This document shows positions 43,498 through 53,158 of a DNA stretch of 64,000 bases, in pieces. The notes under the pieces are model-generated. The model did no database searches. It was not told the DNA's origin and saw only the letters and a program-made list of their open reading frames with translations. The stretch comes from an uncultured Planctomycetia bacterium (GTDB lineage: Bacteria; Omnitrophota; Gorgyraeia; Pluralincolimonadales; Pluralincolimonadaceae): positions 1,726-65,725 of the forward strand of contig CAZYUB010000001.1 of NCBI GenBank assembly GCA_964650515.1, read 5' to 3'. Numbering within the stretch: the first letter of the stretch is position 1; each line of letters begins with the position of its first letter. The position numbers and the translations under genes were made by a program.

Positions 43498-44073
43498 TCA
43501 CCTCACTCTGAGCCTTTCGGCGATTATTATCGATTTTAGTTTTGCGACGGCTTCCGCGAAATCGTCGTTTACAACAGCATAGTCGTATTTCTTCAGGTTC
43601 GCAATATCTTTCTTGGCGCAGCTCAACCTTTTCTTTATCTCTGAGGACTTGTCCGTAGACCTTCCTACGAGCCTCTTCCTCAATGCCCCGATCGACGGCG
43701 GAAGCAGGTATATAAGCGTGGACGTCCCGAACTTTTTCTTTATGAAGAACGCCCCCCTGACGTCCAGGCTCAATATGACGTCCATGCCCCTGCTGATGCC
43801 GGCGAGTATCCCCTTTTTCGAGGTGGCGTAATATTTGCCGTACGGCTTGGACCATTCGAGGAAGTCCCCGCTCTTCTGCCGGCGGGCGAACTCTTTTTCC
43901 GAGATGAAATGATAGTCCCTGCCGTCCTTCTCTCCCGCCCTCGGCCTTCTCGTCGTGAAAGAGGCGGGATGCGCAAGGTGCCTGTCTTTCTTCAGCAGCG
44001 CCCTCACGAGCGAGGTCTTACCGCACCCGGACGGGGCCGAGACCACGAATATGCGGCCCTTTGATCGCGCCAT
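43498..44073 (-). CDS. gmk: Guanylate kinase
   Basis: P-loop SAPSGCGKTSL and a GMP-binding region. Confidence 0.85.
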   Translation of the reverse strand: MARSKGRIFVVSAPSGCGKTSLVRALLKKDRHLAHPASFTTRRPRAGEKDGRDYHFISEKEFARRQKSGDFLEWSKPYGKYYATSKKGILAGISRGMDVILSLDVRGAFFIKKKFGTSTLIYLLPPSIGALRKRLVGRSTDKSSEIKKRLSCAKKDIANLKKYDYAVVNDDFAEAVAKLKSIIIAERLRVR

Positions 44074-44075
44074 CT

Positions 44076-44957
44076 TTACTCCACGTTCTGTATCTGTTCG
44101 CGTATCTTTTCGACTTCGCCCTTTATCGATATCGCAAGCTGGGCGATCTTGTAATCGCTTGTCTTCTGCCCCACCGTATTTATCTCCCTGTGCAGTTCCT
44201 GGGAGATGAAATCAAGTTTCCTGCCGACCTCATCCTGCCGGGCTATTGTCTCCCCGAAGCTTTTCAGGTGGGCCTTAAGCCTCGTAAGCTCTTCGGAGAT
44301 ATCCGAGCTCTTGGCGAACAGGGCGACTTCGAGCTCTATCCTGCCTTTGTCGAGGTTTATCTTTCCGGAGGAGAGCTCCTTTATCTTCCTTAAAAGGTGG
44401 AGGCGGTATTCCTTAAGCGCCAGTTTCGAGCGCCGTTCGATCGCCGTCAGACATTTCAGTATCGTCTTCCTCCTGCCGGCTATATCCGCGATAAGCCTCG
44501 CGCCTTCCTTTTCTCTCATTTCTATGAGGCCGTCGATCGCGCGGCCGAGGGCGGACCTTATGTACGGCCACATCTCCGCCTCTTTCCTCGGGCTTTCCTC
44601 GGCATAGATCACTCCCGGGAAAGCTATTATCTGCGAGAAATTTATTTCATCCGTAAGGCGGAGCGAGCGCCTGAGGTCTATCAAAAGGCCTTTGTACTTA
44701 TTCGCGAGGGGCTTGTTTATCGCCAGCTTCGGGTCTGATCTTGCGGGGTTTTCGTAGGTTAGGGAGAGGTTTACTTTACCGCGTTTTACTTTCTTTGCCA
44801 CCTCCGCCCTTATCTTGTCCTCAAATATGTTGAGGTTTTCGGGCATCCTGCTGGATATCTCAAAAAACCGGTGGTTGACCGTCCTTATCTCCACCTGGAT
44901 CTTTCCGCGCGCCGTGGTTGCGTCCGCGCGCCCGAATCCCGTCATGCTCCTGACCAA
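44076..44957 (-). CDS. yicC: YicC-family protein (DUF1732)
   Basis: N-terminal MTGFGRA…RTVNHRF signature of YicC. Located next to gmk as in many bacteria. Confidence 0.75.
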   Translation of the reverse strand: MVRSMTGFGRADATTARGKIQVEIRTVNHRFFEISSRMPENLNIFEDKIRAEVAKKVKRGKVNLSLTYENPARSDPKLAINKPLANKYKGLLIDLRRSLRLTDEINFSQIIAFPGVIYAEESPRKEAEMWPYIRSALGRAIDGLIEMREKEGARLIADIAGRRKTILKCLTAIERRSKLALKEYRLHLLRKIKELSSGKINLDKGRIELEVALFAKSSDISEELTRLKAHLKSFGETIARQDEVGRKLDFISQELHREINTVGQKTSDYKIAQLAISIKGEVEKIREQIQNVE

Positions 44958-44972
44958 TTTAGACTCCGATAT

Positions 44973-45476
44973 TTATCCCCAGACCCGCTTCGTGACGCTG
45001 GATAAGGTCGCGAATTTGGTGGGATACAGGTCCACTATGATCTCGTCCGGCTCAAACCAGAGCTTGATCTCCCTCTCGGCCTCTGATTCGTTCGATGAGG
45101 CGTGTATTACGTTCTCGTAAAGGCCCTTCGTCGTTATGCGGCCGTATGAACCGCGTATCGTGGTCGGGTCGGCCTCTTCCGGGTTCGTCGACCCGGCAAG
45201 TTTCCTCACTTTGTCTATAGCGCCGTCGCCCCAGTATACCATCGCCATCACCTTGCGCCTCTCATGGAGCTCGCCCTGAAGGTACTTTATGAGCTCGTCG
45301 AAGAAGGGCTTGTCTTTCATGTGCTTGTAATGTTCCGCGGCAAGCTCCCTGCTTACGCGAACTATCTTCGCGGCCACAATCTCAAGCTTTGACTCGGAAA
45401 GGCGGGTCAATATATTGCCAGTGAGGGATTTCTTTAGGCCGTCCGGTTTTATTACGACTAGCGTCTTTTGGTCCAT
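44973..45476 (-). CDS. ndk: Nucleoside diphosphate kinase
   Basis: …NVIHASSNESEAEREIKLWF including the active-site His. Confidence 0.85.
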   Translation of the reverse strand: MDQKTLVVIKPDGLKKSLTGNILTRLSESKLEIVAAKIVRVSRELAAEHYKHMKDKPFFDELIKYLQGELHERRKVMAMVYWGDGAIDKVRKLAGSTNPEEADPTTIRGSYGRITTKGLYENVIHASSNESEAEREIKLWFEPDEIIVDLYPTKFATLSSVTKRVWG

Positions 45477-45522
45477 ATGGGGTTTCCTTATTTGTTTAAA
45501 CCTAAATTCTATTATAACCCGG

Positions 45523-47400
45523 CTACTTTGTCAACAGTTCCTTCGCCCGGTCGGAGAAGTACTTCGCCTGCTCGTGCGCGCCCATCCTCGAACAGACCTC
45601 TGAGACGCGCGTATATATCTCAGGGATGTCCGGCGCTATCTGGAGGGCCACCTTATATTCATCAAGCGCAGCAACGAGGTCGCCTTTTCTCGCGTATATG
45701 CCTCCGAGGTTCACCCTTGAATCGAGCAGGTACGGGTAGATCGCAATGGCTTTCCTGTAGGCCTCCCCGGCTTCGCGGTCCATCTTGCCGGCGAGGTAGG
45801 CGTTGCCGAGGCTGTTCCAGTACGCGGCATTGCCCGGGGCTATCTCAAGGGCTCTTTTGAACATCGATACGGAATCCTTGTATTTGCCTTTCCTGTAATA
45901 TATGTCGCCGAGGTTTGCGTATGTCACCGGTACGAGCGGATCGGCTGCGATCGCCTTCTTATACGCATTGAACGCCTCGTCCTCCCTGCCCTGCTGGTAA
46001 TACAGGGCCGCGAGGTTCAGGAGGTGATATACGGTATTCTTCCCGTCCGGCTCAAGCCTCAACGATTCCATGTATTCGTTTTCGGCTTTTTCGAAAAGCC
46101 CGCGGTTGAAATACTCTATCCCGAGGTTGGTATGCAGCCTGGTGCTTTCCGGGGAAAAGGCCAGCGTGTATTTGTAGAACGATACGGGATCTCCCCAGAT
46201 ATGGTTCTGTTTTATCGTCAGGGCCGACAGCATAAGGACGAGGACCACGATAAACGCCTTAACGCATAATCTTATCGACCTGAACCGGGTAAGGCGGGCC
46301 AATAGAACCGAAACGGCGATGAAAAAACCTATGGACGGGAAATAGAGCCAGTGCTCGGCCACAAATGCGTTTATCGGTATTATATTAAGGAAGGGCAGCA
46401 GGCCTATGAAGAACCATGCCGCCCCGAAAAAGAACATCTTCTGCCTGTTGCGCCGGAAGGCGAGTGCCAGGGCCGACGATACGAGCAATACCGCCGGGGC
46501 CAGGAACCGCGGGTCCTTAACGGACGTGATGACGTTATTAATGAAATCCATCCTCTCCATGTGCAGGCCCACCGGCACCATTAATATTTTGATATATTCG
46601 ATGATCACGGCGGGCGCTGTAAGCAGCCTGTAGGACAGCGGAATTGTGCTTATATACGAGCCGTCGTCGCCTATGCCGGCAAGGGCAAGGTGCCTTATAT
46701 ATAGGAAGAGCGCGATCACGGCTAAAAACGGTATATAGGGAACGGCGGAGGAAAGGCGCGGCTTACTCTCTGTGAAACATGACGAATACAGGGCAAAGAA
46801 AGCGGGCAGGGCCAGCGCGGATTCCTTCGTGAAAGCCGCCATCGCAAAAAAAACCACGGATACGGCGTAGAAGGCCGCTTTCCTTGCGCCTTCCTGGCCG
46901 GTGAACTTGATAAAACACAGCAGAGAGAGCAGGCTAAAGAATGCAGCGAGCGGGTCCCCCCGCCCCGATATATAAGTGACCGCCTCTGTATGCACCGGAT
47001 GCACCGCGAATAACAACGCCGCGAGGAAAGGGACGGTCTTTTTCTTTGACAGCAGCCACACAAGGCAATAGACAAGCAGCGCGTTGCTCAGGTGCAGGAA
47101 AAGGTTGAACAGGTGGTAACCGAACGGCTCAAGGCCCCAATAACGGAAATCCAGCGCGAAAGAGGCCATCAGTAAGGGCCTGTAAAAATTGCCCGTTATA
47201 TCCTGGTGATAGCTCCCCTCGAGGAAGAGCCTCGGGACATAACCGAGGTCGCCGATATGGAAATTCCTCACGACCAGCGCTATATCGTCCCATATAAAAG
47301 GGTTCAGCAGCGAATTGACATATGCCGCGGCGCCTGTTAAGAGGATCACTGCGACCGCGATCAATCCTGAGATGTCACGGGACCTGTCCTGATGGGCCAT
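45523..47400 (-). CDS. TMTC-like membrane protein: N-terminal PMT_2/GT-C-type glycosyltransferase domain plus C-terminal TPR repeats
   Basis: Hallmark …AYVNSLLNPFIWDDIALV… N-terminus of TMTC/PMT_2-type proteins, ~11 TM helices, then 6-7 TPR units (…AYWNSLGNAYLAGKMDREAGEAYRKAIAIYP…). Confidence 0.6.
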   Translation of the reverse strand: MAHQDRSRDISGLIAVAVILLTGAAAYVNSLLNPFIWDDIALVVRNFHIGDLGYVPRLFLEGSYHQDITGNFYRPLLMASFALDFRYWGLEPFGYHLFNLFLHLSNALLVYCLVWLLSKKKTVPFLAALLFAVHPVHTEAVTYISGRGDPLAAFFSLLSLLCFIKFTGQEGARKAAFYAVSVVFFAMAAFTKESALALPAFFALYSSCFTESKPRLSSAVPYIPFLAVIALFLYIRHLALAGIGDDGSYISTIPLSYRLLTAPAVIIEYIKILMVPVGLHMERMDFINNVITSVKDPRFLAPAVLLVSSALALAFRRNRQKMFFFGAAWFFIGLLPFLNIIPINAFVAEHWLYFPSIGFFIAVSVLLARLTRFRSIRLCVKAFIVVLVLMLSALTIKQNHIWGDPVSFYKYTLAFSPESTRLHTNLGIEYFNRGLFEKAENEYMESLRLEPDGKNTVYHLLNLAALYYQQGREDEAFNAYKKAIAADPLVPVTYANLGDIYYRKGKYKDSVSMFKRALEIAPGNAAYWNSLGNAYLAGKMDREAGEAYRKAIAIYPYLLDSRVNLGGIYARKGDLVAALDEYKVALQIAPDIPEIYTRVSEVCSRMGAHEQAKYFSDRAKELLTK

Positions 47401-47463
47401 ACCGGGATTATATCAAAACACGGCACCCGTGTATACGGCATACTCGCGGGCATTCTTATTGGG

Positions 47464-47492
47464 TTGACTTTGTAAAATATCAGCAATATAAT
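47464..47492 (+). promoter_or_regulatory. Consensus sigma70 promoter TTGACT-N17-TATAAT giving a near-leaderless transcript for gene 47503
   Basis: The -35 is 47464-47469 and the -10 is 47487-47492. ATG at 47503 is only ~4-5 nt from the predicted TSS and there is no Shine-Dalgarno sequence. Confidence 0.5.
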
Positions 47493-47502
47493 TATCCTGC
47501 AT

Positions 47503-49080
47503 ATGAAAAATTCGGCCTGGGTAATATCCTCGATAGCCCTTTTAGCGGCAGTCCTTTTGTTGGTAATAGTAAACCTCCCGCGGTTCCCTTTATTCCTGGA
47601 CATATACTACCATCTCAACGTAATGCGCGGGTTCGATACGGCCGGCGGCGTCGTCACTACGGCTTTCTGGGAACTTGCCCCGTCGGGCCAGCCGTTGTTT
47701 TACCCCCCGCTGTTCCATATCCTGCTGCTCGGGCTGTATAAGGCAGGGATGGGAATCATGGCCGTAGCGCGTATATCATCGATCCTGCCCGTTATCCTGC
47801 TTTTTACAGCGGTCTTTTCAGTGGCCAAAGGCCTGCATTCGCCCAAACGGGCGTTTTTTACCGCCCTCGCCGTCTGCATCCCTTACTCGTTCTTCCTTAA
47901 AATGACTATAACGGTGCCCGCAGCCATCTCCCTTATATTCATTATCCTGGCGTTTTACGCGCTGGAAAGGCGAAGGGCCGCGGCCTGCGCCATTTTTTTG
48001 GCGCTGGTCTTCTATACGCACCCGGCGCTGCCGTGGATGGCCTGCCTGGCGTTCTTCTTTTACGGGTTTTTCGAGGCAAGGGCGCGCAGGGACGCTTTTA
48101 TCTGCGTCCTGTCCGCCATTTGCCTTTCGCTGCCGCAAATAATCCACACGGTATCAAATATGGGCCGGCTTGCCGGCCCGCTCGGGATACCGATGCCCGA
48201 AGGGAAGATGTTCGAGATATACCCCCTCATATACATCTTTGCCCTGATAGGGCTCATAAGGCGCGAGGATGCGACCGGCAGGAAAATAAAACTGTTCGCC
48301 CTCTGCCTGCTGGCGGCCTTCGTCCCTATGGCGGTCAATTACAGGTTCCGGTTCCTGAGCGCGGAAGGCATGCTGCCGGTCCTGCTCCTTGCCGGCGCCG
48401 GCATTGAGTCGGTTCACGACCGCATGGCAGGCATGCTTAAACGGAAAAATGCGGGCTTGGCCGTTTACTGGCCTTTTACGGCGGTTTTCGCCGCGGCTTT
48501 ATTGTTTATCTGCCCGACGTTCTCCATGTACATCCCGCTCGATCCCCCTTACGACAGGCATGAATTTTCTTTCCACCTCATGGATTCCACGGCGGTAAAC
48601 CTCCTGCCGGATTATAAAACACACAGGAGGCCGTTCGAGATAACATTGGCCGATACCTTTGCGGAAAAATGGGTAAAAATAATAGAAGAGAGGACTTCCG
48701 CCGACGACCTGATATGTTCCAATGACGCTTTCATCGGCGGGATGCTTTCCGCCCTGAGCGGCAGGTCCAATTCGGCGCGGCTGTTCCTAGAGATCGAAGA
48801 ACCCGATATTCCCATATCGGAGTTCGGGTCTGCCAGGCTTGCGCTGTGGATGAGGGAGCCCAACGGGAAGTTCTCGTCCGAGATCAACGAGTGTATAACG
48901 AGGTTCGGTTATACGGTGATCCATATGGACGGAAGGGCCGCGGTATTATTAAAACCCGGCGGAGCTAAGGCGCACCCGGTAAAACCTTTATTGAGGGCCC
49001 CGTTCGCGTTCCTCGCGTTGGCGGCGGCGCTCTATGCCGCTTTTTCGGGCCTTTCGGCGCGTGAAAAAAATGCAAAATAA
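47503..49080 (+). CDS. Polytopic membrane protein, probable GT-C-fold glycosyltransferase (family uncertain)
   Basis: 525 aa with 12 or more TM helices in the N-terminal two-thirds and a soluble C-terminal domain, beside an ArnT-like paralog. Confidence 0.4.
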   Translation: MKNSAWVISSIALLAAVLLLVIVNLPRFPLFLDIYYHLNVMRGFDTAGGVVTTAFWELAPSGQPLFYPPLFHILLLGLYKAGMGIMAVARISSILPVILLFTAVFSVAKGLHSPKRAFFTALAVCIPYSFFLKMTITVPAAISLIFIILAFYALERRRAAACAIFLALVFYTHPALPWMACLAFFFYGFFEARARRDAFICVLSAICLSLPQIIHTVSNMGRLAGPLGIPMPEGKMFEIYPLIYIFALIGLIRREDATGRKIKLFALCLLAAFVPMAVNYRFRFLSAEGMLPVLLLAGAGIESVHDRMAGMLKRKNAGLAVYWPFTAVFAAALLFICPTFSMYIPLDPPYDRHEFSFHLMDSTAVNLLPDYKTHRRPFEITLADTFAEKWVKIIEERTSADDLICSNDAFIGGMLSALSGRSNSARLFLEIEEPDIPISEFGSARLALWMREPNGKFSSEINECITRFGYTVIHMDGRAAVLLKPGGAKAHPVKPLLRAPFAFLALAAALYAAFSGLSAREKNAK

Positions 49081-50431
49081 GCTTATCTTATATTCCGTAT
49101 TCGCGGCGGCGGTATTACTGGCGGCGGTGATGGGATATCGCGGGTTCATGCATTCGCATGATACGACATGGGACGAGAATATCTATATGTATTTGGGCGG
49201 GAAGCTCGCGGCCGGCCCTTTTTCGTACAATCCGTCGTCGATCGCCGATTCTTTCCGCGAGAATAAAGCGCCCGTCCCTGCGTATCTTAACGAGCCGCTG
49301 TTCAAGCACCCCCCGCTCTTCCCGTACCTTATAGCGGCTGTTTCTCATTTAACGGGATCCGCGCTGTTGGCCGCTTTTTACGTCTCGTTGGCATCCGGGA
49401 TCTGCATTGTCATAGCCGTATTCTTTATAGGCAAGGAGGTCTTCGACTCCCGGGCCGGCGCGCTTGCGGCGCTGCTGGCGGCCGTCGATCCGATACGCCT
49501 CACGTGTTCGGTCAAGATGTGGCCGGATTCAACTCTTGCCGCCCTTATGCTTGCGTCCCTATTGTATATAATAAAGGCCGTCAAGCGTGACAGCGCGCGC
49601 TTATACGTTATCGCCGGGATCTTTGCCGGGCTCGCGATGCTTTCCAAATATACGGCCCTGCTGCTTTTCCCTTCGGGCATCCTGATGCTGCTCGTCTTCA
49701 ACCCCCCGTCGATACGCGGAGGGAGGTTCCTGCTGTGGCCGGCGGCGGCTTTCGCCGTCTTCCTGCCGTGGCTTATACTTAATCTTCAGGTATACGGCGC
49801 CGGTTTCGTCCCTAATATGGCGCGCCTGCACGGTATCAGGCCGTTCTTCATATACAATTTCACGGCCGCGGCAGCCGTGGTCGCGGCGGCTTGTTTCGCT
49901 GCGTCCAGGCTGCCTGAAAAGATCCGTTATCTGCTGGTTGCGGCCGCCCTTATCTGGGTCTTCCGCCTGCCGTACGTCTCCAAGTCGCTCGCGGGAATGT
50001 TCAACGTCTCTTTTATCCCGTCGCACGGGTGGATCTCCGGCATGTTCTCTTACGAGCCGCGCCTCTTCTATGCGAGAAGGCTTATAGAGCTGTCGCCTTT
50101 TTTCTTCGTCTCGTTCCTCGGGATCCTGTTCATCGCAAAACCGAAACACCGCTCACTTTTCATCCTGATACCCGCGCTTCTGACACTCGTCTTCTATATA
50201 TTCTGGGGCAGTTACCAGTCCAGGTACCTTCTCTTTGCGTCCCCGCTGTTGATGATAATGGCTTCTTACGTTATAATCTCATTGCGGGACGGGATAGCCG
50301 GGGCGGTTATCCCGCATTACGCGAGGACAGCCCTTTATGCTGCCTTGGCGGCGGCGGCAATCTTCTTCTTCGTCAAAACGATATACGTGGATATCGGCAT
50401 GGCGCTTGTGAACGACCTGGCATACTTTTAG
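49070..50431 (+). CDS. ArnT/PMT-family (GT83/GT39-like) membrane glycosyltransferase
   Basis: N-terminal YMYLGGKLAAGPFSYN…PLFKHPPLFPYLIA resembles the ArnT/PMT_2 signature region. Start taken at ATG 49070 (the track ORF begins at 49034 inside the upstream gene). Confidence 0.55.
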   Translation: MQNKLILYSVFAAAVLLAAVMGYRGFMHSHDTTWDENIYMYLGGKLAAGPFSYNPSSIADSFRENKAPVPAYLNEPLFKHPPLFPYLIAAVSHLTGSALLAAFYVSLASGICIVIAVFFIGKEVFDSRAGALAALLAAVDPIRLTCSVKMWPDSTLAALMLASLLYIIKAVKRDSARLYVIAGIFAGLAMLSKYTALLLFPSGILMLLVFNPPSIRGGRFLLWPAAAFAVFLPWLILNLQVYGAGFVPNMARLHGIRPFFIYNFTAAAAVVAAACFAASRLPEKIRYLLVAAALIWVFRLPYVSKSLAGMFNVSFIPSHGWISGMFSYEPRLFYARRLIELSPFFFVSFLGILFIAKPKHRSLFILIPALLTLVFYIFWGSYQSRYLLFASPLLMIMASYVIISLRDGIAGAVIPHYARTALYAALAAAAIFFFVKTIYVDIGMALVNDLAYF

Positions 50432-50444
50432 GGATACCCCTGGC

Positions 50445-51395
50445 ATGAAAGTCATAATACAGATACCTTGCCTTAACGAGAGCGGGACGCTTCCGGCGGT
50501 CATCAGGGGCATACCGCGGAAGATCGACAGGGTCGATACGGTAGAGGTCCTTGTAATCGACGACGGAAGCTCCGACGGAACGTCCGATGTCGCGAGGGCA
50601 GGCGGCGCGGACCATATCATAAGGTTCAACAGGACCGTTGGGCTTGCGCGGGCGTTCAAGGCAGGGATAGAAAAGTCCGCGGAACTCGGCGCCGACATAA
50701 CGGTGAACACCGACGGGGATAACCAGTACGATTCTTCCTGTATCCCCGATATCATCAGGCCGATCCTCGACGGAAGAGCCGATATAGCAATAGGCGCCAG
50801 GCGCGTATCCGAACAGGGGCCGGTAAAGGCATTCCTGCAGTGGCTGGGAAGCGCCCTCGTCTCGAAACTCTCCGGCATGAGGATAACCGACGCGACAAGC
50901 GGGTTCAGGGCTTTCTCTCGCAATGCGGTAGCGCAGCTGAACATCATGAGCGACTTCTCCTATACCCTCGAAAGCATAATACAGGCCGGCGCAAAAGGCC
51001 TCGTGGTCATGAACGTCCCGGTAAAGACGAACCGGCCGTCAAGGGAATCGCGGCTTTACAGGAACAACCTGCATTACATAAAAAGGTCCCTCGGGACCAT
51101 TGTAAAAGTATACGTCTCCTATGAGGGGTTCAGGGTCTTCTTTGCGTCGGGGGCCTTCTTTGTGCTCGCCGGGATAGCGTTGATCTGCAGGTACCTGTAT
51201 TTCTATATCCTCGGGGTAAATCCTTCGGGCCACATCCAGTCGCTCATAGCCGCCGCGATACTGGTCATCACCGGATTCCTCGCCGTAGCGCTCGGCATCA
51301 TCACGGAACTCGCCTGCGGCACGCGCAGGATCGCGGAAGAGACACTCGCGCGCATGAAGAAACTTGAGAGTGAAAAAAATAGCGGAAATAAATAA
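50445..51395 (+). CDS. GT2 polyprenyl-phosphate sugar synthase (DPM1/ArnC-like)
   Basis: IQIPCLNE…VLVIDDGSSDGT…DGDNQ DXD-type GT2 motifs plus two C-terminal TM helices, as in ArnC/GtrB. Confidence 0.75.
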   Translation: MKVIIQIPCLNESGTLPAVIRGIPRKIDRVDTVEVLVIDDGSSDGTSDVARAGGADHIIRFNRTVGLARAFKAGIEKSAELGADITVNTDGDNQYDSSCIPDIIRPILDGRADIAIGARRVSEQGPVKAFLQWLGSALVSKLSGMRITDATSGFRAFSRNAVAQLNIMSDFSYTLESIIQAGAKGLVVMNVPVKTNRPSRESRLYRNNLHYIKRSLGTIVKVYVSYEGFRVFFASGAFFVLAGIALICRYLYFYILGVNPSGHIQSLIAAAILVITGFLAVALGIITELACGTRRIAEETLARMKKLESEKNSGNK

Positions 51396-52356
51396 TCCGG
51401 GTAAGGTGCTTGTGCTGGCGGTATCCGGCATCGGCGAGAATATCATGCTGCTTCCTTTCCTTCTCCGCCTGAGGAAAGGGCTTCCCGGATCATACATCGC
51501 GGTCGCCGTCAGGTCGGAAGCGGCGGCGCGGCTCATGAAAAAGGCCTCTCCCGCCGACGAGATCATAACCTGCGATTACGGCATCCAGAATACTTTCATG
51601 AAAAAATTATCCTTTATCCGTGAATTGCGCGGGCGGAAATTCGACGTTGCAATAAATACGTTCCCTTCCTCCAGGCCCGACAAAGCCGCTCTCTGCCTGC
51701 TTTCCGGGGCCGGTATGATTATATCGCATGGCGGCGGCCCTGCCCTTACGCGGATACTGTCCGCGCCCTTTGGCCGCAGGATCCCCGTCGACAAAGGGTT
51801 GCATGATATTGAGCAGAACATGCGCCTCCTTTCGCCTCTCGGGATAATACCGGACGAAACGGACGGCCGCGACATACCCGATATACCGGTAAGCGGCCGC
51901 CGGGATGTTTCCGGGAAATTAACGGCCGGCATACACCCCGGGTCGAGCAGGCAATTCGGGATGCTGCGCAAAAGATGGCCTCGTGATAAATTCGCCGCTC
52001 TCGCGGTGAAATTAGCGGACGATAAGGGCGCGAAGGTCCTCGTTTTTATAGGGCCGGATGATGAGGATGCCGTTTTTCCGGTCGAAGATAAATACGCCGG
52101 CAGCATAGTATTCGTGAGGAAACCTGTCGAGGAGATCCCCGCAGAGATAAATAATTGCGGTTTATTCGTCGGCAACGATTCCGCCCTGGTCCATATATCA
52201 GCGGCTTTGGGAGTGCCGACCGTCGCGATATTCGGGCCGTCGGACCCTTCCAGGACGAGGCCAAGGGGCAGGAACGTATCGGTGGTAAGGAGCGCGGACT
52301 TAAATTCTCTCAGCGTCTCCGAAATATTTGAAGCAGCCTGTCGAGGTCTTCGTTAG
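51364..52356 (+). CDS. GT9-family glycosyltransferase (heptosyltransferase-like)
   Basis: KVLVLAVSGIGENIM…LPGSYIAV… and a C-terminal GNDSALVHISAALGVPTVAIFGP motif typical of RfaF/WaaC-like GT9. Confidence 0.7.
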   Translation: MRVKKIAEINNPGKVLVLAVSGIGENIMLLPFLLRLRKGLPGSYIAVAVRSEAAARLMKKASPADEIITCDYGIQNTFMKKLSFIRELRGRKFDVAINTFPSSRPDKAALCLLSGAGMIISHGGGPALTRILSAPFGRRIPVDKGLHDIEQNMRLLSPLGIIPDETDGRDIPDIPVSGRRDVSGKLTAGIHPGSSRQFGMLRKRWPRDKFAALAVKLADDKGAKVLVFIGPDDEDAVFPVEDKYAGSIVFVRKPVEEIPAEINNCGLFVGNDSALVHISAALGVPTVAIFGPSDPSRTRPRGRNVSVVRSADLNSLSVSEIFEAACRGLR

Positions 52357-53158
52357 AATAATACTCTATGAGAATCTTGCCGCGTTTCGCCTGGTGCAAT
52401 AACGTGACTTTCGTCCCGAGTATCCTCTGCAATTCCTCTTCGACGGCCCTTATCTCTGTCGCGTGTTTGCGCGGCCTTGCCGGACGGGCCTTCCCGGTGA
52501 TCTTGCGCCTTACATAATATTCCGCTTCACGGACCGAGAGCCCGCGCCTTATTATCTTAAGGCAAAGGTCGAGCTGCGATTGTTGCGAGTCGAGCATAAG
52601 TATGGCCTTCGCGTGGCCGGCTGATATCCTGCCGAGGTATATCTCTTCTTTTATCTTATCGGGAAGCCTCAGCAACCTGACCGCGTTCGAGACAGAAGCG
52701 CGGTCCCTTCCCACTTTTTCAGATATCTGTTCCTGCGTAAGCGAGAATTCGTCCGACAGCCTCTGGTACGCCTTCGCTTCCTCGAGCGGGTTGAGGTCGT
52801 CCCTTTGTATATTCTCTATTAGCGCTATCTCGAGCGCCTCATCGTCCTTCACGTCCTTTATTATTGCCGGGACCTGCGTTATCCCGAGCTCCTTCGCGGC
52901 CCTGAACCTTCTCTCTCCGGCTATCAGCTCGTACCCGTCGCCTCTCGGCCGGACGATCACGGGCTGTATGAGACCTTTTTCTTTTATCGATTGGACGAGT
53001 TCCCTCAGTTTATCGGGATCGAATACTTCCCTCGGCTGGAACCTGCCGGGCGTTATGTCCGTGATATTTATCTGGACCGTCCCCCTGCTCTCCGAGCTTT
53101 GCGGGACATCGTCGGGGATAAGCGCCTTAAGCCCCTTGCCTAATACTCTCTTCTCCAT
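52310..53158 (-). CDS. parB: Chromosome partitioning protein ParB
   Basis: GKGLKALI…, ParB box (VIVRPRGDGYELIAGERRFRAAK) and HTH. Confidence 0.9.
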   Translation of the reverse strand: MEKRVLGKGLKALIPDDVPQSSESRGTVQINITDITPGRFQPREVFDPDKLRELVQSIKEKGLIQPVIVRPRGDGYELIAGERRFRAAKELGITQVPAIIKDVKDDEALEIALIENIQRDDLNPLEEAKAYQRLSDEFSLTQEQISEKVGRDRASVSNAVRLLRLPDKIKEEIYLGRISAGHAKAILMLDSQQSQLDLCLKIIRRGLSVREAEYYVRRKITGKARPARPRKHATEIRAVEEELQRILGTKVTLLHQAKRGKILIEYYSNEDLDRLLQIFRRR

